A DNA stretch of 64,000 bases from a virus (lineage: Duplodnaviria; Caudoviricetes). Each line of letters begins with the position of its first letter. The first letter of the stretch is position 1. Shown here piece after piece: positions 20,704 through 30,675 of the stretch. Below the pieces are notes generated by a model. The model searched no databases. It saw only the letters and a program-made list of their open reading frames with translations, and was not told the origin of the DNA. The position numbers were made by a program, and so were the translations under genes. The stretch lies in the IMG/VR virus record IMGVR_UViG_3300028048_000099, positions 34,151 through 98,150 of that record; one strand, written 5' to 3'.

Positions 20704-21897
20704 TTATTCACTGATTATCACCTCCCCCTCACCACTCTCGTCAGCGGGGTCGTAATCGGAGACTGTCTCGTCCCACGTGAAACCCTTGAGCGTGACCACG
20801 GAGCGCTTGCTCTCGGCGAATCTCGTCACCTTCGTTATCTTGACCTGGTCTCCGCGGCGGAGCTCAATGTCACAAGGGAGGACCCCCTCGTAAGCCTCGG
20901 CGACGGTCTCCCCGTTGACCTTGACCTTGTAAAACCTGACATTGACCGAGAAGGACCACTCAGCCTTGACCCTCATGTCCATGTCCATCGTGAAGGAGAT
21001 GTTCCTCTCGCACGGGTCCATGTTAATGTCCAGGGCGGCCTCCCGGTACCTGTACGGCTGGTCGTTGACGCAGTCATCGGTCTCGGTGAGGATTGACTGC
21101 AACGCGGCGGGCCCGAGCCTCCCCCCGACCTCAATGTCGGCGTAACTCCCCTCACCCTCAACGTCAAAACCTATGAAGGCGAGCCTCGGGACCTCACGCA
21201 CTATGAAACTGTCCTCCGTTATTATGTAAGCCCTCACCGTTATGTTGTAGGACTGGGAATAGTACTGCCTGTCGTTGATGCTGTACTCGCTGTCGTCGCT
21301 TATGTCGTTGAGTTTCATTGACACGTAGTGCCCGTTCGGCCGTATGTACGCGGTTATCGCCTTGAAACGGTCATTGACGAGGGTGTTGAACTCGTTCAGG
21401 AGCTCAAACTTGTTGGTGAAAAGGCTGACCTTGTATATGAGGTCAACCGAGAAGGGCTGTTTCATCCTGTACTCAATGAAATACTCGCGGTTGTTCTTGT
21501 CGCGGGCGGGCACCCTCCTCATAAGCCAGGTGTGCTCCCCGGGTATGTTCTTGGTCTCGCCGTTTATCGTCCCCGTCTTGGGGTTGTTCTCCCTTGTTAT
21601 CGCCTTGAAGTTGAGTATCGGGTTCTGATTCTCGTCCGTGAACTTCCAGGACTGCATGTACTCGCTGAACCTCTGGTTTGAGAAGAGGGTCATGGTGGGC
21701 AGCCTCTTGCCCTCGTAGGACATCTCAAGGCTCTCCTCAACCCATTTCCTGAACTCCCTGTCTATATCCTCATAGGTCAAGGGATTGGGAAAGGGGGTGC
21801 CGTTCTTGAGCTCCTCCTTGTCAAAGTTCAGCCTCAACTCTTTCGGGTCGGGCCTGTTGTCGTAACCCATAAAGTTCTTGAAATCCCTGCTTCCCAT
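20704..21897 (-). CDS. Tail completion / sheath stabiliser (gp15-like)
   Basis: DIDREF...SNQRFSEYMQSW...QPFSVDLIYKVSLFT pattern; immediately upstream of sheath. Confidence 0.6.
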   Translation of the reverse strand: MGSRDFKNFMGYDNRPDPKELRLNFDKEELKNGTPFPNPLTYEDIDREFRKWVEESLEMSYEGKRLPTMTLFSNQRFSEYMQSWKFTDENQNPILNFKAITRENNPKTGTINGETKNIPGEHTWLMRRVPARDKNNREYFIEYRMKQPFSVDLIYKVSLFTNKFELLNEFNTLVNDRFKAITAYIRPNGHYVSMKLNDISDDSEYSINDRQYYSQSYNITVRAYIITEDSFIVREVPRLAFIGFDVEGEGSYADIEVGGRLGPAALQSILTETDDCVNDQPYRYREAALDINMDPCERNISFTMDMDMRVKAEWSFSVNVRFYKVKVNGETVAEAYEGVLPCDIELRRGDQVKITKVTRFAESKRSVVTLKGFTWDETVSDYDPADESGEGEVIISE

Positions 21898-21900
21898 CTC

Positions 21901-22449
21901 TTATCCGTTGAACTCAATGTTATCCGCGGGGGCGCACTCTATCGTCCTGTAGTACGGGGCGACGCCGTATATGGTGTTCTTGTTCGCCGTCATCCCGACC
22001 CTCCCGTCGTTCGTGACGGTGAAGAACTCCATCCTCTGGGGAGTGATTTGGACACCCACGTAATCCCCTCTCTTGATGTCTATGTCAAGCTCGTCAAAGG
22101 TTTTCAGCAACACGCTGAAAATCAGCTTTCCGGGCTTGGCGTACATTCCTTTCATCTTACTCTTCTCGTATGATTGAAGCTCAGCCTCCTGAATCTCATA
22201 GACACACGGGACCTCAACCGGCGGAAGGTAACGAATGGCGTCCTTGTCGGCCTCCTTGTAAATGTCGTTGACCTTAGTCTTTGAGAGGTCCACTTGGTAC
22301 AGTATAACAGTCTGGTTCGCGTCCTGCTCCATATATTCCATGGCGAATTCCATCTCGAGATTATAGTCGTCCCTTCCGAAGAACTTGTGGTTCCTCTTGA
22401 CCGGGGTTTTCCTGTGCATGGTCGTGTTCTCAAATCGTAAGTCAGCCAT
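21901..22449 (-). CDS. Neck / head-closure protein (gp14-like)
   Basis: VILYQVD..DIYKEA..PPVEV..IKRGDYV pattern; synteny with gp15-like and sheath; late-type motif at 22475-22482. Confidence 0.6.
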   Translation of the reverse strand: MADLRFENTTMHRKTPVKRNHKFFGRDDYNLEMEFAMEYMEQDANQTVILYQVDLSKTKVNDIYKEADKDAIRYLPPVEVPCVYEIQEAELQSYEKSKMKGMYAKPGKLIFSVLLKTFDELDIDIKRGDYVGVQITPQRMEFFTVTNDGRVGMTANKNTIYGVAPYYRTIECAPADNIEFNG

Positions 22450-22613
22450 AAATAAAGCCTATTTTGTTATATAGATAAATATCTCTTTACTTGATAAAGA
22501 GACAAAATGTACTCGTACCGTAAAAATAGATAAAATAGCTATAGATAATATATAATATTATATATAATATATCTTAAGATTTATCAGTAAGTAATGAGAA
22601 TAACATTATTAAC

Positions 22614-22642
22614 TTGCTTTATTAGGTTTTTTTTAGTATCAT
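22614..22642 (+). promoter_or_regulatory. Sigma70-like promoter for helicase operon
   Basis: TTGCTT-N17-TATCAT. Confidence 0.55.
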
Positions 22643-22665
22643 AATATTGACAGATAATAAGATTA

Positions 22666-24690
22666 ATGGTTTTTACGAGCGCGAAGGCACAAAACGAGGC
22701 GATTGAGATATTAAGGGGGTATTCAGGTACTAACCCTTACTATCTCATGCTAAAAAGGGATGTCATCCTCAATGGTGACGTCAAGAAGCTTAATGCCTTC
22801 AATGTGGAATATATCATTGAAAACCAAAACTTCATACCGAGACAAATCGGTAAGACGGTTAAAATCGCCGACTGGTACGGACTCAAGAAACAGCAGGACT
22901 GGGGCACGGAATTCGTCCCCCAAAAACTTCGTGTGGTCAGTCTTCTCGGGGAAACGAGCACGACTTACCATTGCTATGTCCAATACAGGCAGAGCGTGGA
23001 CCCGGTTATGGCGTTCCTCCCCAAAAAAGCGGTACTTACCAACTTCACTTTACCGGACTGGCACGATTATCCGGTTGATTTTGACCGATATGATAAACTG
23101 TCAATGTCAAAAGACCCGAACAGGAGGCTGAAACTTCACCAGAAGGACGGCGTGAGGTTCCTTCTCGCGAGAAAAAAGTGCGTCCTCGCCGATGATATGG
23201 GTTACGGGAAGACCTGTGAGCTCGCCGTAGCCGCCATTGAGGGTAATTTTGACGCCGTGCTCATCATCTGTCCCGCCTCAATCAAGACAAACTGGAAAAA
23301 AGAGCTCATGTGGTATGTCCCGGAGAGGGATATCACCATAATCGAGTCATATCTTGACAAAAATAAGGGAGAGCTGGAAAAATATCTCGGTTACAAGGAA
23401 GGAAAGTCCGGTTTAAGTGTCCCGGAGCTTCAGAATGAGGCCAAAGAGGCCGGTAAATGGGGTGAAAACCGTTTTGTCATTGTCAATTACGATATCATCA
23501 ACGAGTTTTATGAAATACCGGCCACGAGAAGCCGGGAAAACATAGAAAAAGCATACCAAAACAGCCCGATGCTCCAATATATAGCAAACAAGAAGGCGTT
23601 GGTAATCGTTGACGAGGCCCACAGACTGTCAAATACGACGGCTGACAGATATAAAATCATAAAGGACCTCATAAAGAGGGGAAACCCGGACAGCGTTTAC
23701 CTGGCGACCGGAACACCAATCACGAACAACCCCCAAAACTATTTTAATCTGCTCCAGCTCATCGGCGACCCTGTGGCTGATGACAGGGAATATTATATGA
23801 AGCGTTACTGCGCGGCGATAGAGATACCGAGAAACGCGAAGGAAAAGGCCAAGCGCGACGCGATAAGCAGGAAATTCATCGCGAACAGGGGCAAGTCAAA
23901 CTGGTACGAGCTTACGGACGGCGAAAAGGACGAGTTGCGTGAAATCGTGAAGAAAAGCGTGCGTATGCTGACCATTCCAAACGGCGAGAGCAACCTGGAG
24001 GAACTTAAGGACCGCACCGCGCACATTTATCTCCGCCGGGTGAAGGAAGACCTGCTTGATTTGCCGAACAAGACCGTTCACGAGGTGTTCTATGACCTTG
24101 ATATGGGTCAGATAATGGAATACAACCGGCTCTGGGAAGAATACGAGGCGGCGCAACTGGAGGCTGACCCGACGAAGGACCTGAACAAGGAACTTTTGGA
24201 GGGCGCGATTTACCGCAAGTACCTTTCAAACCAGATGGTGCCTAACACAATCAAACTCGCCGACTCATTCATCGGGAAGGGTGAGAAGGTCGTCATCGCG
24301 TGCTGTTATGACGAGGAACTGTATACGTTGAGAGATTACTATGGGGACAGATGCGTAATCTACAACGGGAAAGTGTCCGCCAAAGACAAGGACAGGAACA
24401 TTGAGAGGTTCACCAACGACCCGAACATTATGGTTTTTATCGGGAATATTCAGGCGGCGGGCGTTGGGATTACCCTATTGGCTTCCCACGTGCTGATTTT
24501 CAATAATATAAGTTTTGTGCCGGGCGATAATCTCCAGATGCAGGACAGGATTTACAGGATTGGGCAGACAAAAGACGTGGATATTTACTACCAGATTTTC
24601 AGGGACACACAATATGAGAAGATGTGGAATATTGTTCTTCGTAAATCATTGGTTATAAATCAAATAGTAAAGAAAGAAGACGAAAAGTGA
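22666..24690 (+). CDS. SNF2-family helicase/translocase
   Basis: LADDMGYGKT, ICPAS, DEAH, ATGTP, YLRRVKE, AGVGITL, QMQDRIYRIGQ. Confidence 0.95.
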   Translation: MVFTSAKAQNEAIEILRGYSGTNPYYLMLKRDVILNGDVKKLNAFNVEYIIENQNFIPRQIGKTVKIADWYGLKKQQDWGTEFVPQKLRVVSLLGETSTTYHCYVQYRQSVDPVMAFLPKKAVLTNFTLPDWHDYPVDFDRYDKLSMSKDPNRRLKLHQKDGVRFLLARKKCVLADDMGYGKTCELAVAAIEGNFDAVLIICPASIKTNWKKELMWYVPERDITIIESYLDKNKGELEKYLGYKEGKSGLSVPELQNEAKEAGKWGENRFVIVNYDIINEFYEIPATRSRENIEKAYQNSPMLQYIANKKALVIVDEAHRLSNTTADRYKIIKDLIKRGNPDSVYLATGTPITNNPQNYFNLLQLIGDPVADDREYYMKRYCAAIEIPRNAKEKAKRDAISRKFIANRGKSNWYELTDGEKDELREIVKKSVRMLTIPNGESNLEELKDRTAHIYLRRVKEDLLDLPNKTVHEVFYDLDMGQIMEYNRLWEEYEAAQLEADPTKDLNKELLEGAIYRKYLSNQMVPNTIKLADSFIGKGEKVVIACCYDEELYTLRDYYGDRCVIYNGKVSAKDKDRNIERFTNDPNIMVFIGNIQAAGVGITLLASHVLIFNNISFVPGDNLQMQDRIYRIGQTKDVDIYYQIFRDTQYEKMWNIVLRKSLVINQIVKKEDEK

Positions 24691-25469
24691 GTATAGAAAA
24701 CAGCATAAGCTTAATGGAAAGAATGGGGATGCTTCCCCCCGATAAAAAATTAAGGAGAAACGTTTTTGGATGTCACGAAACCATTGACGGAATAATAGAG
24801 GAAGGCATATTCAGGTCTTACGATGCGGAAAAAATACTTGAGGTCCTGAAACATCATTATATTATACATCGTGATAATCAGGCGCCAAAAACAGAATCGG
24901 AAATCACTATAGAGTTTGACGCATATAAAGATACCCCGATGACATATGGCACGGAAGAAGCGAGTGTCATAACAATCATCGTAAAAAGAGGAACGGAAGA
25001 AAAAAAACTGAAGCGTTTTTTCAACACCTGCGGATGGCCAACGGCGGAAGAGCACAACCATGAAACGGATAAAACGTCAGTAGTTGTAACGTTTGAAAAG
25101 AGGAGACAGGAAGATGAATTACCCGTACCAAAATTTTTATATCATCTGACACCGGAAAACAAGGTTGGTAAGATTTTGAAAAACGGATTAGCGCCAAAAG
25201 CGCAAAACAAATTGGGGGAGCATCCGGATAGAATATATTTTTTCTCGCAAAAAGATTTAACATTGAATTATAAATCTTATGCCGATGATTTTTGGGCAAG
25301 CGCGCACAAAGACACGAGGCGGGACATCAAATACTCATTACTTAAGATAGATACTGAAAAATGCCGGAATGATTTTAAAATATATGGCGACCCGAACATG
25401 ATTAGAGGGGTATGGACTTTTAACAATGTGCCGCCAGAAGCAATAACAGTGGAAGAAGAGGGAATTTAA
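24687..25469 (+). CDS. Protein with C-terminal ADP-ribosyltransferase-fold domain (Tpt1/KptA-like)
   Basis: LYHLT...ILKNGLAPK...RIYFF...LLKID...GDPN...NVPPEAI; AT-rich. Confidence 0.65.
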   Translation: MSIENSISLMERMGMLPPDKKLRRNVFGCHETIDGIIEEGIFRSYDAEKILEVLKHHYIIHRDNQAPKTESEITIEFDAYKDTPMTYGTEEASVITIIVKRGTEEKKLKRFFNTCGWPTAEEHNHETDKTSVVVTFEKRRQEDELPVPKFLYHLTPENKVGKILKNGLAPKAQNKLGEHPDRIYFFSQKDLTLNYKSYADDFWASAHKDTRRDIKYSLLKIDTEKCRNDFKIYGDPNMIRGVWTFNNVPPEAITVEEEGI

Positions 25470-25471
25470 TT

Positions 25472-25939
25472 ATGGAAAGAAGAGGATTTTTAAAGCGTTT
25501 ATTCGGCGCGGGTGTCGGGGCGGCCGCGTTGGCCACTGTTCCTGGTATCGCGAAGACAAGGGAGAAAGGGACATTCAAATTGGAAGATATATTTGAGCAA
25601 TGCGACGGAAACAAGCAACTTTTTTTCTTAAAGACCGACTCGTGGCTTGAGCAAGAAATAAGGGACATACTTGGGGATAAGTTTGTTGATGAGAAGTATT
25701 TCAGTTGCTATGACCCGATTTTCAATTGCTATCTCCCGGTAAAGGACGAATATACGAGGAAGGATTTTGAAAGTTTCCTCCTAACCGTAAAGACAAAGAA
25801 GTACGATTATTTCTGTGACCATTCAAGAAATCACGGGAAGAAGTGTGGCGCAATGTATCTATCAAAGTACGAAAAGGACGGATATTACGCAATAAACATG
25901 TATCAGGCAAGGAACCCTAAATATAACGGGTACTATTAA
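25472..25939 (+). CDS. Protein with twin-arginine (Tat)-like signal peptide
   Basis: MERRGFLK followed by hydrophobic GAGVGAAALATVPGIA. Confidence 0.65.
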   Translation: MERRGFLKRLFGAGVGAAALATVPGIAKTREKGTFKLEDIFEQCDGNKQLFFLKTDSWLEQEIRDILGDKFVDEKYFSCYDPIFNCYLPVKDEYTRKDFESFLLTVKTKKYDYFCDHSRNHGKKCGAMYLSKYEKDGYYAINMYQARNPKYNGYY

Positions 25940-25941
25940 AA

Positions 25942-26430
25942 ATGAACGAGGAGTTTTTGGGATTCGTGGCTGAGATAGGGAGGACGACGGACAGGAAATA
26001 TATGTACCGTTTTGACTTCACGTATGACCCGGACAGTCTCTGGGGCGAGTTTTTCAATATCCCGCCCGCGTGCATCATACCGGACCTCGCGCCGGACCCG
26101 AACTGTCTCTCACACACGGCAAAAATCGTTTCCCCGGTGAAGTTGATGACCGCGAAGGAAAACGCCTGCTTCTCAATGCAGGATTGCATAGACGGGATTA
26201 TCCCCTTATGTTTCAGTGAGATAGACGAGAACACGATTGAGTTCAAGGGCAAGCCCCTGAAGTTCAGGTTCGGTGAGAAGAGGGAGACGGTTGAGATGAA
26301 ACTGTCCGCGTGCGGTCTCGAGAATCTCGGTTACGAGGAGATTAAGAGGGATGATGAGAACCTTGTTAACGATTTGATTAACAACCTTAATAATAATAGC
26401 GATGATGATTTAGACCCCGATGAGTTCTAA
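25942..26430 (+). CDS. Hypothetical protein, paralog A of tandem pair
   Basis: Aligns along its length with 26420-26821. Confidence 0.8.
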   Translation: MNEEFLGFVAEIGRTTDRKYMYRFDFTYDPDSLWGEFFNIPPACIIPDLAPDPNCLSHTAKIVSPVKLMTAKENACFSMQDCIDGIIPLCFSEIDENTIEFKGKPLKFRFGEKRETVEMKLSACGLENLGYEEIKRDDENLVNDLINNLNNNSDDDLDPDEF

Positions 26431-26821
26431 AGATGAGGTCCTGATATTCGTCAAGCCGATATGCAGGAACACGGACCAGACATACGAGTATGATTTGTTC
26501 TTCAGCGACACGCCGGACATTGTCTGGGGCGTTGACTGGGAGGTCAACACGCCCGGGCTTGTCTCCACCGATGAGATAACCCCGGACCCGACCACTTATA
26601 ACAAGGTCGTCAGGATTAAGGTGCCGTACCCGTTGAAGACCGTACAGGAGACATATTGCTACTCAATGGAATATGCTATCGCGAGGATTATAGCACTTTC
26701 ATGGATTGATATAGAGAATATGGAAGAATACCCCGAAAAAGGAAGAATGGTTCTCTATTTCGGGGATACCTTTGAACATGTACAAGGGGTTTTGAGTGAG
26801 TTTGATGTATATATAAAATAA
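26420..26821 (+). CDS. Hypothetical protein, paralog B of tandem pair
   Basis: Overlaps the paralog A stop; shared PD.(L/V)WG, PDP, C(F/Y)SM, II.L, FG(E/D) blocks. Confidence 0.8.
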   Translation: MSSKDEVLIFVKPICRNTDQTYEYDLFFSDTPDIVWGVDWEVNTPGLVSTDEITPDPTTYNKVVRIKVPYPLKTVQETYCYSMEYAIARIIALSWIDIENMEEYPEKGRMVLYFGDTFEHVQGVLSEFDVYIK

Positions 26822-26848
26822 AAAAAATCAGGTTAAGCCTGATTTTTA
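26821..26848. terminator. Bidirectional terminator
   Basis: AAAAATCAGG-TTAAG-CCTGATTTTT between convergent genes. Confidence 0.7.
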
Positions 26849-26855
26849 TTTATCG

Positions 26856-27350
26856 CTACCAATCATAATCTCTCTCGGCACGTTCAGGGTCACTGTCATC
26901 ATACCCCCATCCATCAGTATCCGGGTCGTCATATGGGAATTCCCAATCAAAATCATTCCAATTCAAATTATTTAGATATTTGTCAAGAGCTTTCATAAAT
27001 AAACTGACTTCTTCGTTTGATAATGGCTTAATACCGTAATTTTCACAATATCTTGGGCTCTGTAAAACATTCATAATTTCATCCCTGTTCGAGATGTCAC
27101 CCCAGTTAACATCACCACCAGCATCAAAACTAGCTTCAAGACACATATAGTCACTTACGAGTTCACAAACCGAAATAAGCATGTCATTTGGGAATATCTT
27201 TGGAAATTTGTCATCGTCTATACGTATAAAAGCATGTGGCCATTCTTGCTTTGCTTCATTAATAGTATTAAATACACGCCTGACACTCTCGCTAATCATC
27301 TTGTGAAGCTGTGCCTCATTTATTCTTATTATGTTTCTTTTCCTTTCCAT
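26856..27350 (-). CDS. Accessory acidic protein with shared N-terminal leader (IRINEAQLHKMISESVRRV)
   Basis: AT-rich single-gene cassette with TATTTATA (27367-27374) and terminator. Confidence 0.75.
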   Translation of the reverse strand: MERKRNIIRINEAQLHKMISESVRRVFNTINEAKQEWPHAFIRIDDDKFPKIFPNDMLISVCELVSDYMCLEASFDAGGDVNWGDISNRDEIMNVLQSPRYCENYGIKPLSNEEVSLFMKALDKYLNNLNWNDFDWEFPYDDPDTDGWGYDDSDPERAERDYDW

Positions 27351-27423
27351 ACGGTTATTTTTTTCTTATAAATATTTGTTTTTTATGGTTTGATTTCATA
27401 TATTTATCTAAAAATGGTACTTT

Positions 27424-27753
27424 ATGGAAGACGATAGGACAATCATATACGAATTTCTTAGTCAATTCGAGGACTTTACCGCCGCCGACCGTGAAAGCGG
27501 GTATAAAAATGTATATAGGCCAGAGAGACATCCGGTTGCAATGCAATTCTGGTTTAACCCACCATTTTCCGAAGACAATGATGTAAGTATGCCAGTTCCA
27601 AGCTCAGCCATGATTTTAACATCTGATGGAAAAATTATGGTAGAAAATATGTTTACCGGTTTGTTTTTCAATCTTTCGGAATGCATTGGAGACAGTATAG
27701 AGAATTGCATTAATTCAATTGAAAATTATTATCGGAAAATAACTCTCGGATAA
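27424..27753 (+). CDS. Hypothetical protein
   Basis: 109-aa ORF with ATATTTAT at 27400-27407; 3' end overlaps the convergent gene by 44 nt. Confidence 0.55.
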   Translation: MEDDRTIIYEFLSQFEDFTAADRESGYKNVYRPERHPVAMQFWFNPPFSEDNDVSMPVPSSAMILTSDGKIMVENMFTGLFFNLSECIGDSIENCINSIENYYRKITLG

Positions 27754-30532
27754 TACTTTCAAATAAACTTTCTTCACCAGTTTCTTTATTTACTTTTGGT
27801 TCACCAAGATAACCCATTATACTGGCTAATATATTATTTTTTTCAGATTCATCCCACTGAAAAACGAAAGACGATGGGTTAGCCAATTGTTGTGTAAACT
27901 CAACATCCTCATTAGAAACCGTATTATTCTTAAAAGATGGTAAAATGTATAGTCCGGCCCAACCCCTTTTCTTAATAACACTGCTCTTTCTTTCGTCCGT
28001 AATTTTTCTAATCTGAGCATTAATCTCTTCATAAAAACGGTTTGGAGAGCCAAGAAATGATATTTCATATCCAAGTTCCTTTTTCGGGTACATTTTCAAT
28101 AAACTTATTGTTTGCTGTTTCATGACCTCATCATAAGATTTAACAAACTTAAAACCGTTCGGAATTCCCGTATTTTTAGTGTACTGTATGCCGTTATATT
28201 GAAGTAGTAGAGCGTAAATTGTTTGAACAACTTCATGCTCCGGACTTGTAGCTTTAATATATTCATCCGGTAAAACATCAGCTATTTCATTTAAATGCGT
28301 TTTTCTTTTAAACTCATCAAGCGTGATTTTAAATGGATTAAAAATGTCATATACCTCTAAAAATGGTTCACCTACAAGCATTTCGAAAATACTCTCATAC
28401 GCCTCTTTTAGATTCGTACTTACGAGTTCGTCTGAGACCAAATCTTTTCTCCTTATCGATTTTTCCTGATATTTAGTCATTTCATCATTAAATTTTTTCA
28501 AAAATTCAAGTTTAATTTTAGTCCACCAGTAAATTACACCATCTTTTTTGTTCACACTTTCGTCCGACGGTTTTACAAAGGATGGTCTGCAGTGGCCCTC
28601 TCCTTGATATTCAATTGAAAGAACTTTATCATTCTGCTCCTTCGCTAATTCAAACCAGTTAGGATTCTCAAGGTCGCCATTATATGTTGTATATAAAATA
28701 TCAATAGACTGGTCTCCAAATGCAGCATCTATTTTTTTTGCTCTGTTATATTCCCATGTATTATTGTATCCATTTGGTAGGTTTGCCAGCAAAAAACTAT
28801 ATATCTCGTTCTGCGTTCTATCGCGTGAGTCTTCAACATAAGAAACTAACTGTCCAAAAATTAAATCTTCTCCATATACTTTTCCTGCATTTTTTTTATA
28901 GGACTTAATCTTCTGGTCTGAGTCAGTATCTTCTTTGTATATTTCACTTAATGGCCTAAACATATTGCTTATAACAAGATAATCATCACCCCCATATAAT
29001 CCACTAGATAAGTTTTTATCAATTAATTTGTTAGCACTATTCATCATATCTATAAATCGTTCAAATGGAGTAAGTGAATAAAAAGTACTGTGCTCCGCCA
29101 ACCCAAGGCTTGCAAATTCTGTTAAAATGGTCTTAACCGTAGATTTTTTCCCAACATCAAACTTAAACTTTCTTTCGTATAATGGTTTTTCACTTTCATT
29201 TAGCCCCAATATGTTTTTCACTACATATGTAATTGTGTTTGTGTTTACTTCGGTAAACAAATCAAACAATCCAATAATTGAAGATACGCTATATGCAGCT
29301 GCATTAAATTCTTTAATCAGCCTATCACCCCAATTTTTAATTATGTTATTAAAATTACCTCCAGCAAAATCTCTTTTATATTTAACATAATATACCATTT
29401 GGTATATTGGTTTGATTGACGGAGTAGCCGCGATAAAAGGACGAATCGTGTTAGTTAATTCTTCTATATTTTTACTAATATCAAAAGAAAGAATATAAGC
29501 AGCCGTCATCAGCACTCCTCCGACGGTTCCTATATAGCTGTTCTTTATATCACCCCAATCAATTTGCCCGTTGTTAATTTTTTGGAAAAACTCATTAACC
29601 TTATCCTCCGAATCAAAATAACTATTCTTAAGAATTTCCAAATTTTCCGACGTTATTAAATCACCATAGTTCATTGCAATGTCATCAAGGACTGAATATT
29701 GTAAATAATCGGTTTTTTTTGCTTTTTTGAGGCTATCTGTTTCATTGTCATCAACCAAACTATATTCTTTTCCATAGAGTAAACTATGCAGTCTTTCTTC
29801 CTCATTTTTTACATATTCCCTAAAGTCAGGTGGTATTGAATTTTTTAAAACGTTTATTCCATGTAATCCTGATTTTGCAACAAAAGAGAAATATATAAAA
29901 TACAAAAACATAGAATAAGGGTCATAGACATTACCAATATTAAGAGAAGATATTTTTCTAATGTCTCCCAGTATAGTTTGGTTTTCCTGCATATATTTTA
30001 TGGCATTATACGACAAATCAGATATTTTCTGAAAATACCTTCTTATGTCGTTTTCATTTCCGCTCTTTAATATTTCTGGAGATAGTAGAGATTTACAACC
30101 GTTGTCATATATAGTTTTTACTATATCAATTCCATTATTACTCACTTTTATTGCACGCAAAAAGTTTCCTCTCGCCGTATCGTAGTTGTACCATGGACCA
30201 GACTCTCGATTAAATACTCGTGGTATGTTATTTAAAATCTCGTCTATGTCAGCATCAGTAAATTCCCTAAACTTTGCAAAAGGGCTGTTAGCAATTAAAT
30301 TTTTAGCCTCCTCATAATCTTCCGGGGATAGTGGATAATTTGGTACTGCGGGTAAATTTAGGGCTTTCAAAAAATCTAAATCCGGAGAGTATTCTTTAAA
30401 AAAGTTAGCCCATGATATACCAGCTCTTCCCCTTCCACCGAATATACTCTTTTCATTAAATGCATTTTCCTTTATCAAACCCTTCAGGTCCGACAAACCG
30501 AACAAATTATTTCTAACTTCCGTAATTTTCAT
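27710..30532 (-). CDS. Large AT-rich protein with possible PD-(D/E)xK (DUF559-like) nuclease motifs
   Basis: 940-aa ORF; SIDIL...LSIEYQGEGH and distal TDERKSSVIKKRGWAGLYI; late-type motif at 30567-30574. Confidence 0.7.
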   Translation of the reverse strand: MKITEVRNNLFGLSDLKGLIKENAFNEKSIFGGRGRAGISWANFFKEYSPDLDFLKALNLPAVPNYPLSPEDYEEAKNLIANSPFAKFREFTDADIDEILNNIPRVFNRESGPWYNYDTARGNFLRAIKVSNNGIDIVKTIYDNGCKSLLSPEILKSGNENDIRRYFQKISDLSYNAIKYMQENQTILGDIRKISSLNIGNVYDPYSMFLYFIYFSFVAKSGLHGINVLKNSIPPDFREYVKNEEERLHSLLYGKEYSLVDDNETDSLKKAKKTDYLQYSVLDDIAMNYGDLITSENLEILKNSYFDSEDKVNEFFQKINNGQIDWGDIKNSYIGTVGGVLMTAAYILSFDISKNIEELTNTIRPFIAATPSIKPIYQMVYYVKYKRDFAGGNFNNIIKNWGDRLIKEFNAAAYSVSSIIGLFDLFTEVNTNTITYVVKNILGLNESEKPLYERKFKFDVGKKSTVKTILTEFASLGLAEHSTFYSLTPFERFIDMMNSANKLIDKNLSSGLYGGDDYLVISNMFRPLSEIYKEDTDSDQKIKSYKKNAGKVYGEDLIFGQLVSYVEDSRDRTQNEIYSFLLANLPNGYNNTWEYNRAKKIDAAFGDQSIDILYTTYNGDLENPNWFELAKEQNDKVLSIEYQGEGHCRPSFVKPSDESVNKKDGVIYWWTKIKLEFLKKFNDEMTKYQEKSIRRKDLVSDELVSTNLKEAYESIFEMLVGEPFLEVYDIFNPFKITLDEFKRKTHLNEIADVLPDEYIKATSPEHEVVQTIYALLLQYNGIQYTKNTGIPNGFKFVKSYDEVMKQQTISLLKMYPKKELGYEISFLGSPNRFYEEINAQIRKITDERKSSVIKKRGWAGLYILPSFKNNTVSNEDVEFTQQLANPSSFVFQWDESEKNNILASIMGYLGEPKVNKETGEESLFESIIRELFSDNNFQLN

Positions 30533-30600
30533 ATGCCATAAAACGCCACAAGAGGCACTTATTTGCTATAAATATCTCTCTGGCAATAAAAAGAGTCAAT

Positions 30601-30629
30601 TTGTTTTCCACGGATTTTTTCCGTACTAT
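30601..30629 (+). promoter_or_regulatory. Sigma70-like promoter for PolB N-half
   Basis: TTGTTT-N17-TACTAT, with a T-tract in the spacer as in sister promoters. Confidence 0.55.
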
Positions 30630-30675
30630 AGGGTTGGAAACGGTCAGAGGATATGGCCTGATAAACAGTAAAGTT

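Noticed and set aside
30601-30675. Upstream TTG/extended starts in the ORF track (also 34114, 15576, 42946, 49599, 52565, 41775)
   Set aside because: These extensions run through promoter motifs or neighbouring genes; downstream ATGs fit better.
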